Source: a virus
Lineage: Duplodnaviria; Heunggongvirae; Uroviricota; Caudoviricetes
IMG/VR virus record: IMGVR_UViG_3300020045_008999
Coordinates: 320,001 to 384,000 of that record
DNA: 64,000 nt
Strand: one strand, 5' to 3'
Positions 1-9,431 of this stretch are shown piece by piece. Every line of letters starts with the position of its first letter. Positions within the stretch are counted from its first letter, which is position 1. The notes under the pieces were generated by a model. The model was not told the DNA's origin. It did not search any database and was given only the letters and a program-made list of their open reading frames with translations. The position numbers and the translations under genes were made by a program.

Positions 1-19
1 CGTACTGGGGTCAACTGGT

Positions 20-1429
20 ATGCCGATTGAATATGGTAACACTATCCTCCTAAATGGGACCCCAGTTTCAACTACGGAACACATGGATAAGCGTAAAGAA
101 ATACTCACATCATTTGATGATCAAGAGACGATAGGGTTTGTTTACGGTCTAAATCAGAGTGTGATTGACGCAGCGACCAGCGATTCCTCAGGTAAAACTA
201 TTAATCCGGATCTATCAACTATAAATATGGGTTCATTCATTTCTTCATTAGACGATAATGAAGACCCTACTATATTAGGATTTGATATTATAATAAAGGA
301 AGTTACTTCACCATTATTCAATGGCTCGGTTGAGGATTTCCTTATACATCCAGATAATTCCGGAAATGCCGAGTTACTGGCATGTCTTGATACTATATCA
401 GATTTCAAAGAAGCTTTTTTTAAATATTTTAAAAGTGATGTCAATGGTAATGCCAAAGTACACTATTTGAAAAAAATAAGCGGTATTGATGCATTACATG
501 CTGAAAATACAAATAGTGATTATGGGAAATCATTTGTTAAATATGGTGAGGATATGATCACATTAAGTCTAAGTGAAGATGTTACCCAAAACATGGGTTA
601 TTTGAGTTCATTATATAAAATGTTATCTTGGTCGAGGGTCCGTGGTAAACAAAAAATCCCAGCAAATTTATTAAGATTTGAAGCTGATATAGTAATTACT
701 GAGGTACGTAACTTCAACAGAATTGTGAAAAATGATGTTGGGTTGTTGTCATCATTAGCGGACCATATTTCCAAATACGTTTATACATTATATGATTGTC
801 AATTCTTTTTTGGTATGCCACATGGTGCTGAATTGGATATGGGTGATAAAAATGTAATTGCCGGATTTGATATTAAATTCGATTACAAATTTTCAACAAT
901 GAAATTTGAAAAATATACATACGATAAACTATCAACGGTAGGTAATCGCCGAATGAATATTGATATTATAAACAATGCATATGTGGACATAAATACTCTA
1001 GAACCTGGCGATACTAATAATTCACAAATAAATGCGGTTGGTACAATTGATCACAAACGTCCTATTAAAAATTACAATGAAAACGGGCTTATATTCAGTC
1101 CAGCAACCAAACCCGTGGTTGAAGTTGATCCATCAGATTTAATTCTGAATGAAAAATTATCACAAAAAGCCAAAATCCAAAATGCTTTTAGTAAACTGGG
1201 CGAAGATATAGTAAAAGCAGCAGAGGCGGATGCGCAGAGGGCAACGCTTTCTCAATTTAGATTGATAAATAAAACAATTGATAATATCCGAAGCAAGATA
1301 CCATATGGTAGTAAAATGAGCGAACCAACTAATGTATATACCGGAACCAACCCATCATTCAAAGGTGATGCGATAAATGGGGTCCGTGATTTTGTTGGCA
1401 CTTCATTAAAAAGTTTTTTTGATAAATAA
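20..1429 (+). CDS. Putative baseplate/tail-tube-initiator-like virion protein, probably 5'-truncated by the window edge
   Basis: 469-aa ORF; frame is open back to position 2; central segment (ITLSLSED...YTLYDCQF...FDIKFDYK) resembles a tube-like fold; stop overlaps the start of the gp5-like gene. Confidence 0.4.
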   Translation: MPIEYGNTILLNGTPVSTTEHMDKRKEILTSFDDQETIGFVYGLNQSVIDAATSDSSGKTINPDLSTINMGSFISSLDDNEDPTILGFDIIIKEVTSPLFNGSVEDFLIHPDNSGNAELLACLDTISDFKEAFFKYFKSDVNGNAKVHYLKKISGIDALHAENTNSDYGKSFVKYGEDMITLSLSEDVTQNMGYLSSLYKMLSWSRVRGKQKIPANLLRFEADIVITEVRNFNRIVKNDVGLLSSLADHISKYVYTLYDCQFFFGMPHGAELDMGDKNVIAGFDIKFDYKFSTMKFEKYTYDKLSTVGNRRMNIDIINNAYVDINTLEPGDTNNSQINAVGTIDHKRPIKNYNENGLIFSPATKPVVEVDPSDLILNEKLSQKAKIQNAFSKLGEDIVKAAEADAQRATLSQFRLINKTIDNIRSKIPYGSKMSEPTNVYTGTNPSFKGDAINGVRDFVGTSLKSFFDK

Positions 1430-2931
1430 TGAATAGGGAAGAACTAAAGAATAAGGTATTTGTTGGCATAGTTGAAGATAATATGGATGATAAACGACTT
1501 GGTAGAATACGTGCCAGGGTAATTAATGTTTATGAGAATATTGATACTGACTGTATTCCGTGGGCAACCCCTTGGAAAGATTTAAATGGTAATGAATTTA
1601 ACGTTCCGGAAATTGGTAAAGTAGTGTCAATTGTATTTGATCAAGGTAACCCATATAAACCGGAATACATATTCGCGGAACATTATAACGCTAATTTAGA
1701 AAATAAACTATCTGCCTTGTCAGATGCGGGATACAAATCTATGAAGGCAGTAATGTTCGATCATAAAACTCAAATTTACTCAAACGATGATGAGGGCTTG
1801 AAGATTGATTACAAATTTAACGCTATTAACATAAAAGATAGTTCCATCAATATGAATCTTAAAGATAATGAATCAATGTTAAATTTAGGTGATGAAACTG
1901 CTGGACAACAAGCTATGTTGGGTAATCATTGGTTAGACTGGTTTGATGAATTAGTAGCACAACTATTAGGTAGTGGTGGTGGGCCATTTTTAGGTAATTT
2001 ACAGGCCCCGGTTATACCACATCCTGGCTTGATCAATGTTTTGCAGAAATATAAAACATTACGCGATGAAAAATTCCTATCACAGCACATTAATTTGGTA
2101 GATAATAATAAAGTTTCAACAGTGAGGATGGATGAGCGGTTCAGTGAGGGGATTCTTGGGGATTCTTGGAGTGCTACTAATATGTCTAATAATTTAAGTT
2201 CAATGGAGGCTGTAGATTATGGTCCAAGTGATAGTGATAAAACGGACTATGATCCAAATTATGTCGCACCATTAACAGATGGTACACCGGATTCAATAAT
2301 TCCGGAAAATAAAAATCCACTAACAAGTAGTAATTCACAACAAATTGCTGAAAAATTAGTTCGTTTTTTGAAAAGTAAAAACTATAAAGTATACGACCAG
2401 GTAGGTGTTTTAAACATCGTTGGAATGCGTAATAAACCCAATGGTACAGTCAGTAATAAATTTGATGATATAATGTATGTATTTTTCAAAAACAATACCG
2501 GTAAATGGACTATAATGGAATATGCTATCACTACTGTGCCTGGATTCAGACCCAATAGTAGAAGTTTGCCTAATGGTGTAGCAGTATTGAAATTAGGTCA
2601 ATATGTAGAACAATACAAGATAGGTTATCATCAAAATAAAAGTGATCACAAGTGCTTGAAATTTGCAAATAGTGTAGTACATAGAAATGATGTAACCAAT
2701 AAATATAATTACAATGCAAAAATACAAAAAGGTAGTTTTGGTATTAATATACACCGTTCTAATAAAAGTGGTAGTGGTGTAAGTGTTAATAACTGGAGTG
2801 AGGGATGTCAAGTATTTAGAATTGCATCCCAATTTAATCAGTTTATGAATTTATGCACAAAGCAATCAAAAACGAAAAAAACATTCACATACACATTGTG
2901 TAGCTTTATTGAATTCCAAGCATTTAAATAA
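1429..2931 (+). CDS. gp5-like baseplate hub/spike protein with C-terminal YkuD-like (L,D-peptidase) domain
   Basis: N-terminal gp5 OB-fold signature (FVGIVEDNMDDKRLGRIRARV...IPWATP...VPEIG); C-terminal GINIH-x14-SEGCQV motif. Confidence 0.8.
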   Translation: MNREELKNKVFVGIVEDNMDDKRLGRIRARVINVYENIDTDCIPWATPWKDLNGNEFNVPEIGKVVSIVFDQGNPYKPEYIFAEHYNANLENKLSALSDAGYKSMKAVMFDHKTQIYSNDDEGLKIDYKFNAINIKDSSINMNLKDNESMLNLGDETAGQQAMLGNHWLDWFDELVAQLLGSGGGPFLGNLQAPVIPHPGLINVLQKYKTLRDEKFLSQHINLVDNNKVSTVRMDERFSEGILGDSWSATNMSNNLSSMEAVDYGPSDSDKTDYDPNYVAPLTDGTPDSIIPENKNPLTSSNSQQIAEKLVRFLKSKNYKVYDQVGVLNIVGMRNKPNGTVSNKFDDIMYVFFKNNTGKWTIMEYAITTVPGFRPNSRSLPNGVAVLKLGQYVEQYKIGYHQNKSDHKCLKFANSVVHRNDVTNKYNYNAKIQKGSFGINIHRSNKSGSGVSVNNWSEGCQVFRIASQFNQFMNLCTKQSKTKKTFTYTLCSFIEFQAFK

Positions 2932-2935
2932 AAAT

Positions 2936-3124
2936 CTAAAAACGGATCATCCCATCCGAATATTCTTTCCGAAATTTTTATATGTTTGATAAACAATTTT
3001 TACCAAAATTACAATCATTCAACGGATTATTAATAAATTCCATGGTGTCCTCCAGTGTGTATAGCTTAGTATCTAAAAAATTACGTACACTAAATAAGTC
3101 ATGTGGCATAAATCTCCATAACAT
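2936..3124 (-). pseudogene. Degraded ORF remnant with internal TAA
   Basis: Reads MLWRFMPHDLFSV...NCLSNI*KFRKEYSDGMIRF*; fills an otherwise empty 230-bp gap and is co-directional with upstream genes. Confidence 0.35.
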
Positions 3125-3161
3125 ACAATAATGTACTTAGATTTTTTGATTAATGTAAGAA

Positions 3162-3410
3162 TTATATCTCACCATTGAATATCCAATATCCTGAAGACAT
3201 TATCAACGGTGATTGATTTTCAATGTTTCTAGCCATTATTTTTGCTTGGTAATATTTGTACATTTCATATTCAACTCGAAATACTTCACCCGATCCTACC
3301 AGAATTTCATCAAAGCTATCAAATTTGTCTTTCAAATTTTGAATTACTGATTCGACTATCTCTGGATCATGTATTTCATCTAGGCCATTTTTTAGAATGA
3401 GTTCTTTCAT
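3162..3410 (-). CDS. Hypothetical protein
   Basis: 82-aa ORF translationally coupled to its upstream neighbour. Confidence 0.6.
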   Translation of the reverse strand: MKELILKNGLDEIHDPEIVESVIQNLKDKFDSFDEILVGSGEVFRVEYEMYKYYQAKIMARNIENQSPLIMSSGYWIFNGEI

Positions 3411-3616
3411 TATTGTGGATTTGGAACTTGTCTAAACTTAGAACTATGATAACAACGCCCAATAGCTCTACCGATTGTTTTACTGTCCTTAGTATTAAAA
3501 CTAATTTTCAATGCGCCGAAACTATAAGTTGATTCGTAATTAACATTTGGATTTAGTAATATAACTTGTGTAAATAGCCCTAATTCAGTTATTCCTTTGA
3601 AAAATAAAGTCTTCAT
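3410..3616 (-). CDS. Hypothetical protein
   Basis: 68-aa ORF with overlapping stop/start (TAATG). Confidence 0.55.
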   Translation of the reverse strand: MKTLFFKGITELGLFTQVILLNPNVNYESTYSFGALKISFNTKDSKTIGRAIGRCYHSSKFRQVPNPQ

Positions 3617-3628
3617 GGTGATGATGTA

Positions 3629-3931
3629 TTAAATTAATTCAATTAAGTATGGGTTTTGGCTGTCTGATTCTTTGAATAGATATAAAAAGGCATCTTTATC
3701 ACAGAATATATTCCCTTCCGATTGTGTTTCTTCTGCAAGATCTTCATCGTAGTCATGTGGTGTTATTCGAACAATGCCGCATGATAGGCATTCGAACAGA
3801 ATATAGTCATGTGGAGAATTAAAAGTGATTTCCACTTCTTCTTGATCCAATGCATCAAAACATGCTGATATAATATCTTTACTTATCATAATACTTTTTT
3901 TATTAGGACAAATGTAAGCATTTATATCCAC
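3629..3931 (-). CDS. Hypothetical protein
   Basis: 100-aa ORF, GTG start 2 nt after the uvsW stop. Confidence 0.6.
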   Translation of the reverse strand: MDINAYICPNKKSIMISKDIISACFDALDQEEVEITFNSPHDYILFECLSCGIVRITPHDYDEDLAEETQSEGNIFCDKDAFLYLFKESDSQNPYLIELI

Positions 3932-3933
3932 AA

Positions 3934-5568
3934 TTACAAATTTATTTTGGTTATTTTATATGGATATTTTTTATTTATGTATATTTTTTCTCGTTCCAAA
4001 AACTGTCGATATAATATATTTGTCATATCGACCGGATTAAAGACGTCAACAATGTCGAATATATTAGCAACTTTTTTACCGGGTGATAGTCGCAATGCTC
4101 TACCACAACTCTGTAAAATAACCACCGGGGACTTGAAACTATCGCAGAATATAACATTCTCTATAGCATTAACTGATATACCAGTACTCATACATGCAAA
4201 TGTTCCAAAGCAAACCTGTTTAATACCAGTAGTATCGTCTAACTTTTTTAGTATTTCATTTCTTTTGGCATTTTTCACACCACCATCAATATAATGATAA
4301 TCAATATTTTCCAAATGTTCAGACATATATTTTAGTAATTTTTGTCCGTGTTCGATGTTATGAAATAATATTAGGGTGTTCCCTGTACATTTATCAACTA
4401 ACTTTTTGATAAATTCGTGCCGCTTTGTGGAATTCTGTACATATTCCTTTTCAAATTGGAATACATCTTTACCGTTACCACTTTTCTTTATCCATTTCAT
4501 ACGGTCATCAAAATCTTTATCATTGTGATTCAATATGACTACCTTCACATCCATTGGGGTGATTGTCCCCAATTTAACCAATTCAGATGCTTCGACTTGC
4601 GTAACTTTAGGACCTAATATTGATTGTATTGTTAAAATTTCTAAACTATCATCATATGGAAATGTTCCGGAAACCCCAAAACGATTATATGCATGTTTGA
4701 ATGTTCGTTTCAAAATCTTTTTGATTGTGGTACTTTTTGATTGATGTGCCTCATCTACTACAACGGTATGAAATTGGTGAAAAAATTTAGCCGGGTAGTT
4801 GTCTAATGATTGGTAACATGCAATGAATACGTTTGGTTGATTAGGTCCCTTGTATGATCTGGGTTTATCACTCATTATTTCTTCCATCCGCAATGCGCAT
4901 GGTGCATAGCTTGGATGGTCTTTATGGATTTCACTGAAATCATTTTGCTTGAAATCAATAAATTCTTCATACTGTTCCACAATGTTCTCAGAATAGTTGA
5001 AGGTGAATAATCCTTCATAAAATTGCGACACTAAAGTGATTGAAGGGACTACTATGAGTATTTTAGCACTAGGGTCGACGTGTTTAAGTGTGTAAAAATA
5101 CACAATTGATATTATGAGGGATTTACCACCAGATGTAGCTACTTCGGCTAAACAATAGCGATTTCGTAGTACTTTATAAGCTGTTGCAATTTGATAATCG
5201 TATGGCATAAATGGTACCCACTCACCTAGTTTGTTTCTAACCTTATGGTTTTTAAAAAAATCATTACAAAAATCTGTTACACTTTCAAGTGTAACGTCTC
5301 TATTCAATGGAAAATCTTCTTTATTTTCTATGTCAAATTTCGCACCAATGGTCCTACATGCCAAAGCACATTCTTTCCATAGTCCCATATTTACTTGACC
5401 GTTATCAAAATGGCTCTCTTCACCATTCCAAACTTTCATTTTATATGGCATCATAAATTGATACCCTTTAACCTTTCTGGTTAGGTGTAATTTCAGTTGA
5501 TGGTATTCAATTCTAGATGCTTCACTAACTATTAATTTCTCAGTTTCTTTATCATATCTTAATTTCAA
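3934..5568 (-). CDS. uvsW: UvsW-like SF2 DNA helicase
   Basis: Q motif (PYDYQ), ATSGGKS Walker A, DEAH, SGT, STGIS, QSCGRALR; start placed at TTG 5568 downstream of an AAAC-N18-TATAT promoter. Confidence 0.9.
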   Translation of the reverse strand: MKLRYDKETEKLIVSEASRIEYHQLKLHLTRKVKGYQFMMPYKMKVWNGEESHFDNGQVNMGLWKECALACRTIGAKFDIENKEDFPLNRDVTLESVTDFCNDFFKNHKVRNKLGEWVPFMPYDYQIATAYKVLRNRYCLAEVATSGGKSLIISIVYFYTLKHVDPSAKILIVVPSITLVSQFYEGLFTFNYSENIVEQYEEFIDFKQNDFSEIHKDHPSYAPCALRMEEIMSDKPRSYKGPNQPNVFIACYQSLDNYPAKFFHQFHTVVVDEAHQSKSTTIKKILKRTFKHAYNRFGVSGTFPYDDSLEILTIQSILGPKVTQVEASELVKLGTITPMDVKVVILNHNDKDFDDRMKWIKKSGNGKDVFQFEKEYVQNSTKRHEFIKKLVDKCTGNTLILFHNIEHGQKLLKYMSEHLENIDYHYIDGGVKNAKRNEILKKLDDTTGIKQVCFGTFACMSTGISVNAIENVIFCDSFKSPVVILQSCGRALRLSPGKKVANIFDIVDVFNPVDMTNILYRQFLEREKIYINKKYPYKITKINL

Positions 5569-5590
5569 AATGTTATACTTATTTATACTT

Positions 5591-5617
5591 ATATATAAAA
5601 AAACAACACTCTTGTTT
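5591..5617 (-). promoter_or_regulatory. AAAC-N18-TATAT promoter (uvsW)
   Basis: Exact 18-nt spacing shared by 10 sites. Confidence 0.65.
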
Positions 5618-5664
5618 GAGGGGAGACAATACATTTTTATATATAAACGAAAATAAATTATATT

Positions 5665-5994
5665 ATGAGTAAATTGGGAAATTTTTTCAAAACTTTGGTA
5701 TCGAATTTCACTGGAAATAAGTCAAACGAAAGTACAAAAACCGAGGCGGTGATTCAGTTAATACAAGATGGTAAAGCATCATTGGATATGACTACAATGT
5801 TACCGGAATCAGAACAATTATGCAATTGTGGAAAAAATCTAGAAGTGTGTTGTAAAACGTTTGATCCTAATTCCGAGGTCATTGTTAAAACACCAAAACC
5901 TAGAAAACCAAGGGCTAAAAAGGAAGCTGATTCATCAGAAGTGAAATCTACAAAACCAAAAAAATCTACAAAACCAAAAAAAGATAAGGAATAA
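5665..5994 (+). CDS. Hypothetical protein with Lys-rich C-terminus
   Basis: 109-aa ORF, TTTATATATA upstream, terminator downstream, 18-bp tandem repeat encoding KSTKPK x2. Confidence 0.7.
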   Translation: MSKLGNFFKTLVSNFTGNKSNESTKTEAVIQLIQDGKASLDMTTMLPESEQLCNCGKNLEVCCKTFDPNSEVIVKTPKPRKPRAKKEADSSEVKSTKPKKSTKPKKDKE

Positions 5995-6008
5995 TCCTTA
6001 TCTTTTTT
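5977..6008. terminator. Bidirectional intrinsic terminator
   Basis: AAAAAAGATAAGGA-ATAA-TCCTTATCTTTTTT between convergent genes. Confidence 0.8.
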
Positions 6009-6014
6009 ATTTTA

Positions 6015-6659
6015 TTATTTACGTTTTATCAAAATTTCGTCTATTATACCATATTCAAATGTTTCCTTTGCAGTCATCCAGTAATCACGTTCCATATCAT
6101 TCGCAACCTTATTGAAGTCCAAACCAGTGTTTTCCGCGATCATTTCGGTCAATTCACGCTTTATTAATAGAATCTGTTTTGTCTCAATTTCTAGGTCAGT
6201 TGCTTGGGAATACCCACTATATGACAACGGTTGGTGGATCATTGTTCTTGAACGTTTCAATGACTTACGTTTACCTTTAGTACCCGCACTTAAAATGACT
6301 GCTGCCATGGATGCTGCCAATCCAGTATTGATAGTAACTATATCTGGTCGGATGTATTCCATTGTATCTATCAACCCATACCCGGCATAAACACTTCCAC
6401 CACCAGAATTGATATACATGGTAATGTCTTTATTGGCATCTAAGCCTTCTAAATACAATAACTGGGCCTTGATGAGCTCACAGTTATAATCACCAATATC
6501 CCCATTTAAAAACACTATTCTTTCAGATAATAATATAGAATACAAATCAATTGGTGTGCTATGGTCATCCTCGGATAACACATATGGTGTCATTGATTTA
6601 ATAGGCTTAGTAGTAGTTTTAGCCCTTAATCCAAACACTGGTGTATTTTTCTTTTTCAT
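6015..6659 (-). CDS. clpP: ATP-dependent Clp protease proteolytic subunit
   Basis: DLYSILLSERIVFL, YINSGGGSV, catalytic GLAASMA, MIHQP, MERDYWMTA; start placed at MKKKNTP. Confidence 0.95.
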   Translation of the reverse strand: MKKKNTPVFGLRAKTTTKPIKSMTPYVLSEDDHSTPIDLYSILLSERIVFLNGDIGDYNCELIKAQLLYLEGLDANKDITMYINSGGGSVYAGYGLIDTMEYIRPDIVTINTGLAASMAAVILSAGTKGKRKSLKRSRTMIHQPLSYSGYSQATDLEIETKQILLIKRELTEMIAENTGLDFNKVANDMERDYWMTAKETFEYGIIDEILIKRK

Positions 6660-6677
6660 AATAACTATATTTATAAG

Positions 6678-6704
6678 TTTTACCATTTTCGGGATTAAAA
6701 GTTT
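6678..6704 (-). promoter_or_regulatory. AAAC-N18-TAAAA promoter (clpP)
   Basis: One mismatch to the consensus. Confidence 0.5.
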
Positions 6705-6732
6705 AATATATAATAAAAATAAAGATTATAAT

Positions 6733-7032
6733 ATGAAAACAACAATTGAAATTAATGGTTTCGAAATTGTTATATCTGAACAAGAAGGTGCTGTAGTAGT
6801 ATCGGCAATTAAGGGAGATGAAACAGTTGAGGAATTCACATTAGAAATCGAGGATGTACAAGATGCACCTGATGCAGAGGGTAGTGAAGACCTTGTAGAT
6901 TTCGCACAAGAAGAAGGTGATTTTAGCCAAGCACAGGCACAAGCACAAATTCAAGGAATTCCTCAGACACAAGGGGAAGATGATGAAGTTAAATTGGAAT
7001 CGTTCAATTCTTTTATTGAGAAAAGAAAATAA
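6733..7032 (+). CDS. Acidic hypothetical protein (possible head-internal protein)
   Basis: ATG 6733 after TTAATATATA; C-terminal KLESFNSFIEK peptide. Confidence 0.7.
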   Translation: MKTTIEINGFEIVISEQEGAVVVSAIKGDETVEEFTLEIEDVQDAPDAEGSEDLVDFAQEEGDFSQAQAQAQIQGIPQTQGEDDEVKLESFNSFIEKRK

Positions 7033-7033
7033 C

Positions 7034-7064
7034 AAAATGGGATTAGTGATAATCCCATTTTTTT
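7034..7064 (+). terminator. Intrinsic terminator
   Basis: AAAATGGGATTA-GTGA-TAATCCCATTTTTT. Confidence 0.75.
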
Positions 7065-7091
7065 ATTGTAAGTTTGTTTAAAATTTTTTAT

Positions 7092-7943
7092 ATGGAAATT
7101 AAAATAGACAAACTATCATATTATTGTTTTGATTTTGACGATAATTTACTTACCATGCCCACGCTAATTGGTGCAGAAATTTATACTGATGGTATTTGGG
7201 TGCCTCATAAAATATCCACTGGTAAATTTGCATTAATTCGAAACAATCAAGATAATTGGAGATTGTCTAGTGACCCCTTTTCAGAATTCAGTGATAATGG
7301 TAAGCGGGGAAATGATGCTTTCATAGAAGATTTAATAGTTGCGATCGGTGGAAGCAAATATCCAGTGAGTCCATTGTTCAGAGCGTCCCGTTCTTGGGAT
7401 AAATTCATAGAAGCTATATTAGATGCCTCGGTAATAAGCATTATAACTGCAAGAGGACATAAAGCGGAAACATTACGACGTGGTGTCGAATGGGTTATTG
7501 ATAATTATTTGTTAGAACCCGAACGCATTATCATAATTGAAAATAGTAAAAAGTATTATGACGTATTCAACACATCCTTAATTGAACATGGTGACGATCG
7601 GGATGAAATAACAAATTCAAATAATCGGTATATTAGTAAGTGGTTAGATGTGTGTGGGTTTTATGGGGTGTCTAATATAGATTTTATAAATAAGCACAAA
7701 ACATCAGGGGCCGAATCACCCGAAATTGGTAAGGAAATTGCATTAAAAGAATTTATACATCGTTGTAAAAAATACGCAGACCAACTAGGCTTTGGATTTG
7801 AAGCTGGTATGTCAGATGATGATATGGGTAATTTATTACACATGAAGACGGTTCTGTCGGAATTAAAAAGTATGTATCCCGATGGAAAATTTAGCTTAAT
7901 AGATACATCAGGTGGTGGATATTCCAAAACTATTATTGAATAA
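7092..7943 (+). CDS. HAD-superfamily phosphatase-like protein
   Basis: Motif I FDFDDNL, motif II IITARG, motif IV GMSDDD. Confidence 0.7.
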   Translation: MEIKIDKLSYYCFDFDDNLLTMPTLIGAEIYTDGIWVPHKISTGKFALIRNNQDNWRLSSDPFSEFSDNGKRGNDAFIEDLIVAIGGSKYPVSPLFRASRSWDKFIEAILDASVISIITARGHKAETLRRGVEWVIDNYLLEPERIIIIENSKKYYDVFNTSLIEHGDDRDEITNSNNRYISKWLDVCGFYGVSNIDFINKHKTSGAESPEIGKEIALKEFIHRCKKYADQLGFGFEAGMSDDDMGNLLHMKTVLSELKSMYPDGKFSLIDTSGGGYSKTIIE

Positions 7944-7972
7944 AAAAACCCCACTATATAGTGGGGTTTTTT
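7943..7972. terminator. Bidirectional intrinsic terminator
   Basis: AAAAAACCCCACTATATAGTGGGGTTTTTT between convergent genes. Confidence 0.85.
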
Positions 7973-8889
7973 CAACATCTAGTAATTAATCCTTGATCAT
8001 ATTTTGTGAGAAAGTTTTCAACATATGTATTGTTATAAAGGTGTATAATCTCATAATAGTTATTAGTTGCATAAGATCTAAACCAACCGCCGCATAATGT
8101 TGTACAAACACGGCCTAATGCCCATTCAAAGGCTTCTTCGGACGTTATAAATGCATTGCCACCAAATAGCATAGGTAAAATTTTACGTTCCAATGCAATG
8201 ACGTAACATTCTTCTAAAACACATTGTTTTTTCTGTAATTCACTAAATTCGTTCCACATCTTTTCACTACACATAGCACTACTTGGATCTGGTTGCATCA
8301 ATTCATAAATTGGTCGCTCGTTATGTGCCACCATTCTATGTATATGATCGTGTATGAAATAAGAAGTAATAAATCCATTTGACTGACCAAAGAATTTTTT
8401 TGCTGATTTATTTAATTTTGGTGTTTTCAATTCCCCTAATCTATTTTCAGTTTCTTTAAAATTCATTTGGGTAATGGTTTCCAATCGATCGTTTCCATCT
8501 AATTGCTTATGTAAAATTGTATAAGATGAAATATGTTTACCAAATTTAATTGGGAAATTAATATGAGATTTTTTAAGTGAATATAATACCTCGTTTGGTG
8601 CGGTCACTAATTCGGTTAAAACTGATTCAGCTCCGGTAACATATTTGTAATATTCGCGCAATGCTGGCGAATTATCCATTAAGAAAACTTCAACATTTGA
8701 TCGATCAAATGTTGAAGTTCTTTCAATGCCAATTAAGCATACTGAGTACTTATTAGCTCTAATCGAGCTTGGTTTTAGATTATGTGTTAAAAATTCAACA
8801 GATTCTAATGAGCCAATTATGTCAACGTCTTTATAATCTAAATCGAGACCGGTATTTTGTATGAATGCTTTTGATCCTACTAATAACAT
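7972..8889 (-). CDS. Conserved phage protein with N-terminal nucleotidyltransferase-like motif
   Basis: LLVGSKA...DVDII (GS...DxD) and a HDHIH motif. Confidence 0.5.
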   Translation of the reverse strand: MLLVGSKAFIQNTGLDLDYKDVDIIGSLESVEFLTHNLKPSSIRANKYSVCLIGIERTSTFDRSNVEVFLMDNSPALREYYKYVTGAESVLTELVTAPNEVLYSLKKSHINFPIKFGKHISSYTILHKQLDGNDRLETITQMNFKETENRLGELKTPKLNKSAKKFFGQSNGFITSYFIHDHIHRMVAHNERPIYELMQPDPSSAMCSEKMWNEFSELQKKQCVLEECYVIALERKILPMLFGGNAFITSEEAFEWALGRVCTTLCGGWFRSYATNNYYEIIHLYNNTYVENFLTKYDQGLITRC

Positions 8890-8892
8890 AAA

Positions 8893-9201
8893 CTAGTTTT
8901 CAGTATTAAAGTATGTATCGTCGTCTTCACTATTTTCATCATCTTCATCATATGAATATGAATCATCATCTTCATCATATTCGTCTTCTAATTCACCATC
9001 ATATGATGTAATTTCATCAAATTTTGATTCTCTGGTATCAATCATTAGTTTTTGTTTATCGATACTGATACTTAGTCCCAATCCAGCGGCTTTGGCCTCA
9101 TTAACCAATGAATCAATTTCCCCATCAGCATCTACTTTGTTACTAATTCGGTATCTAGACAATATGTCTGATAATCTTGTGTAAAATTCTACTATAGTCA
9201 T
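8893..9201 (-). CDS. Hypothetical protein with highly acidic C-terminus
   Basis: 102-aa ORF with D/E-rich tail. Confidence 0.7.
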   Translation of the reverse strand: MTIVEFYTRLSDILSRYRISNKVDADGEIDSLVNEAKAAGLGLSISIDKQKLMIDTRESKFDEITSYDGELEDEYDEDDDSYSYDEDDENSEDDDTYFNTEN

Positions 9202-9203
9202 TT

Positions 9204-9413
9204 TTATTTAAGTATTTCGTTTATTGCTATTGTTCTATATTCAGCGGCACTCATAAATCGTGAATTTGAAAAATCGTTTTCATATCCATCATCCGCGATT
9301 ATACAAAACGATGAATACGACTCGTTTTCTACCAATGTATACCGTTTTCCGATAGTTAAATAATCGGTCGCTCTTGTATTTATAATACAAAAAACATCTT
9401 GTCCTTTTTTCAT
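9204..9413 (-). CDS. Small hypothetical protein (LTIGKRY core; C-terminal R-x3-I-x2-L motif)
   Basis: 69-aa ORF in a tightly packed operon. Confidence 0.65.
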   Translation of the reverse strand: MKKGQDVFCIINTRATDYLTIGKRYTLVENESYSSFCIIADDGYENDFSNSRFMSAAEYRTIAINEILK

Positions 9414-9431
9414 TTATTTTTAAATTATTTA

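Noticed and set aside
5569-5634. Longer N-termini given in the ORF track (also 6556, 10945, 12442, 28873, 46553, 53658)
   Set aside because: These extensions run through promoter or terminator motifs; downstream starts fit better.
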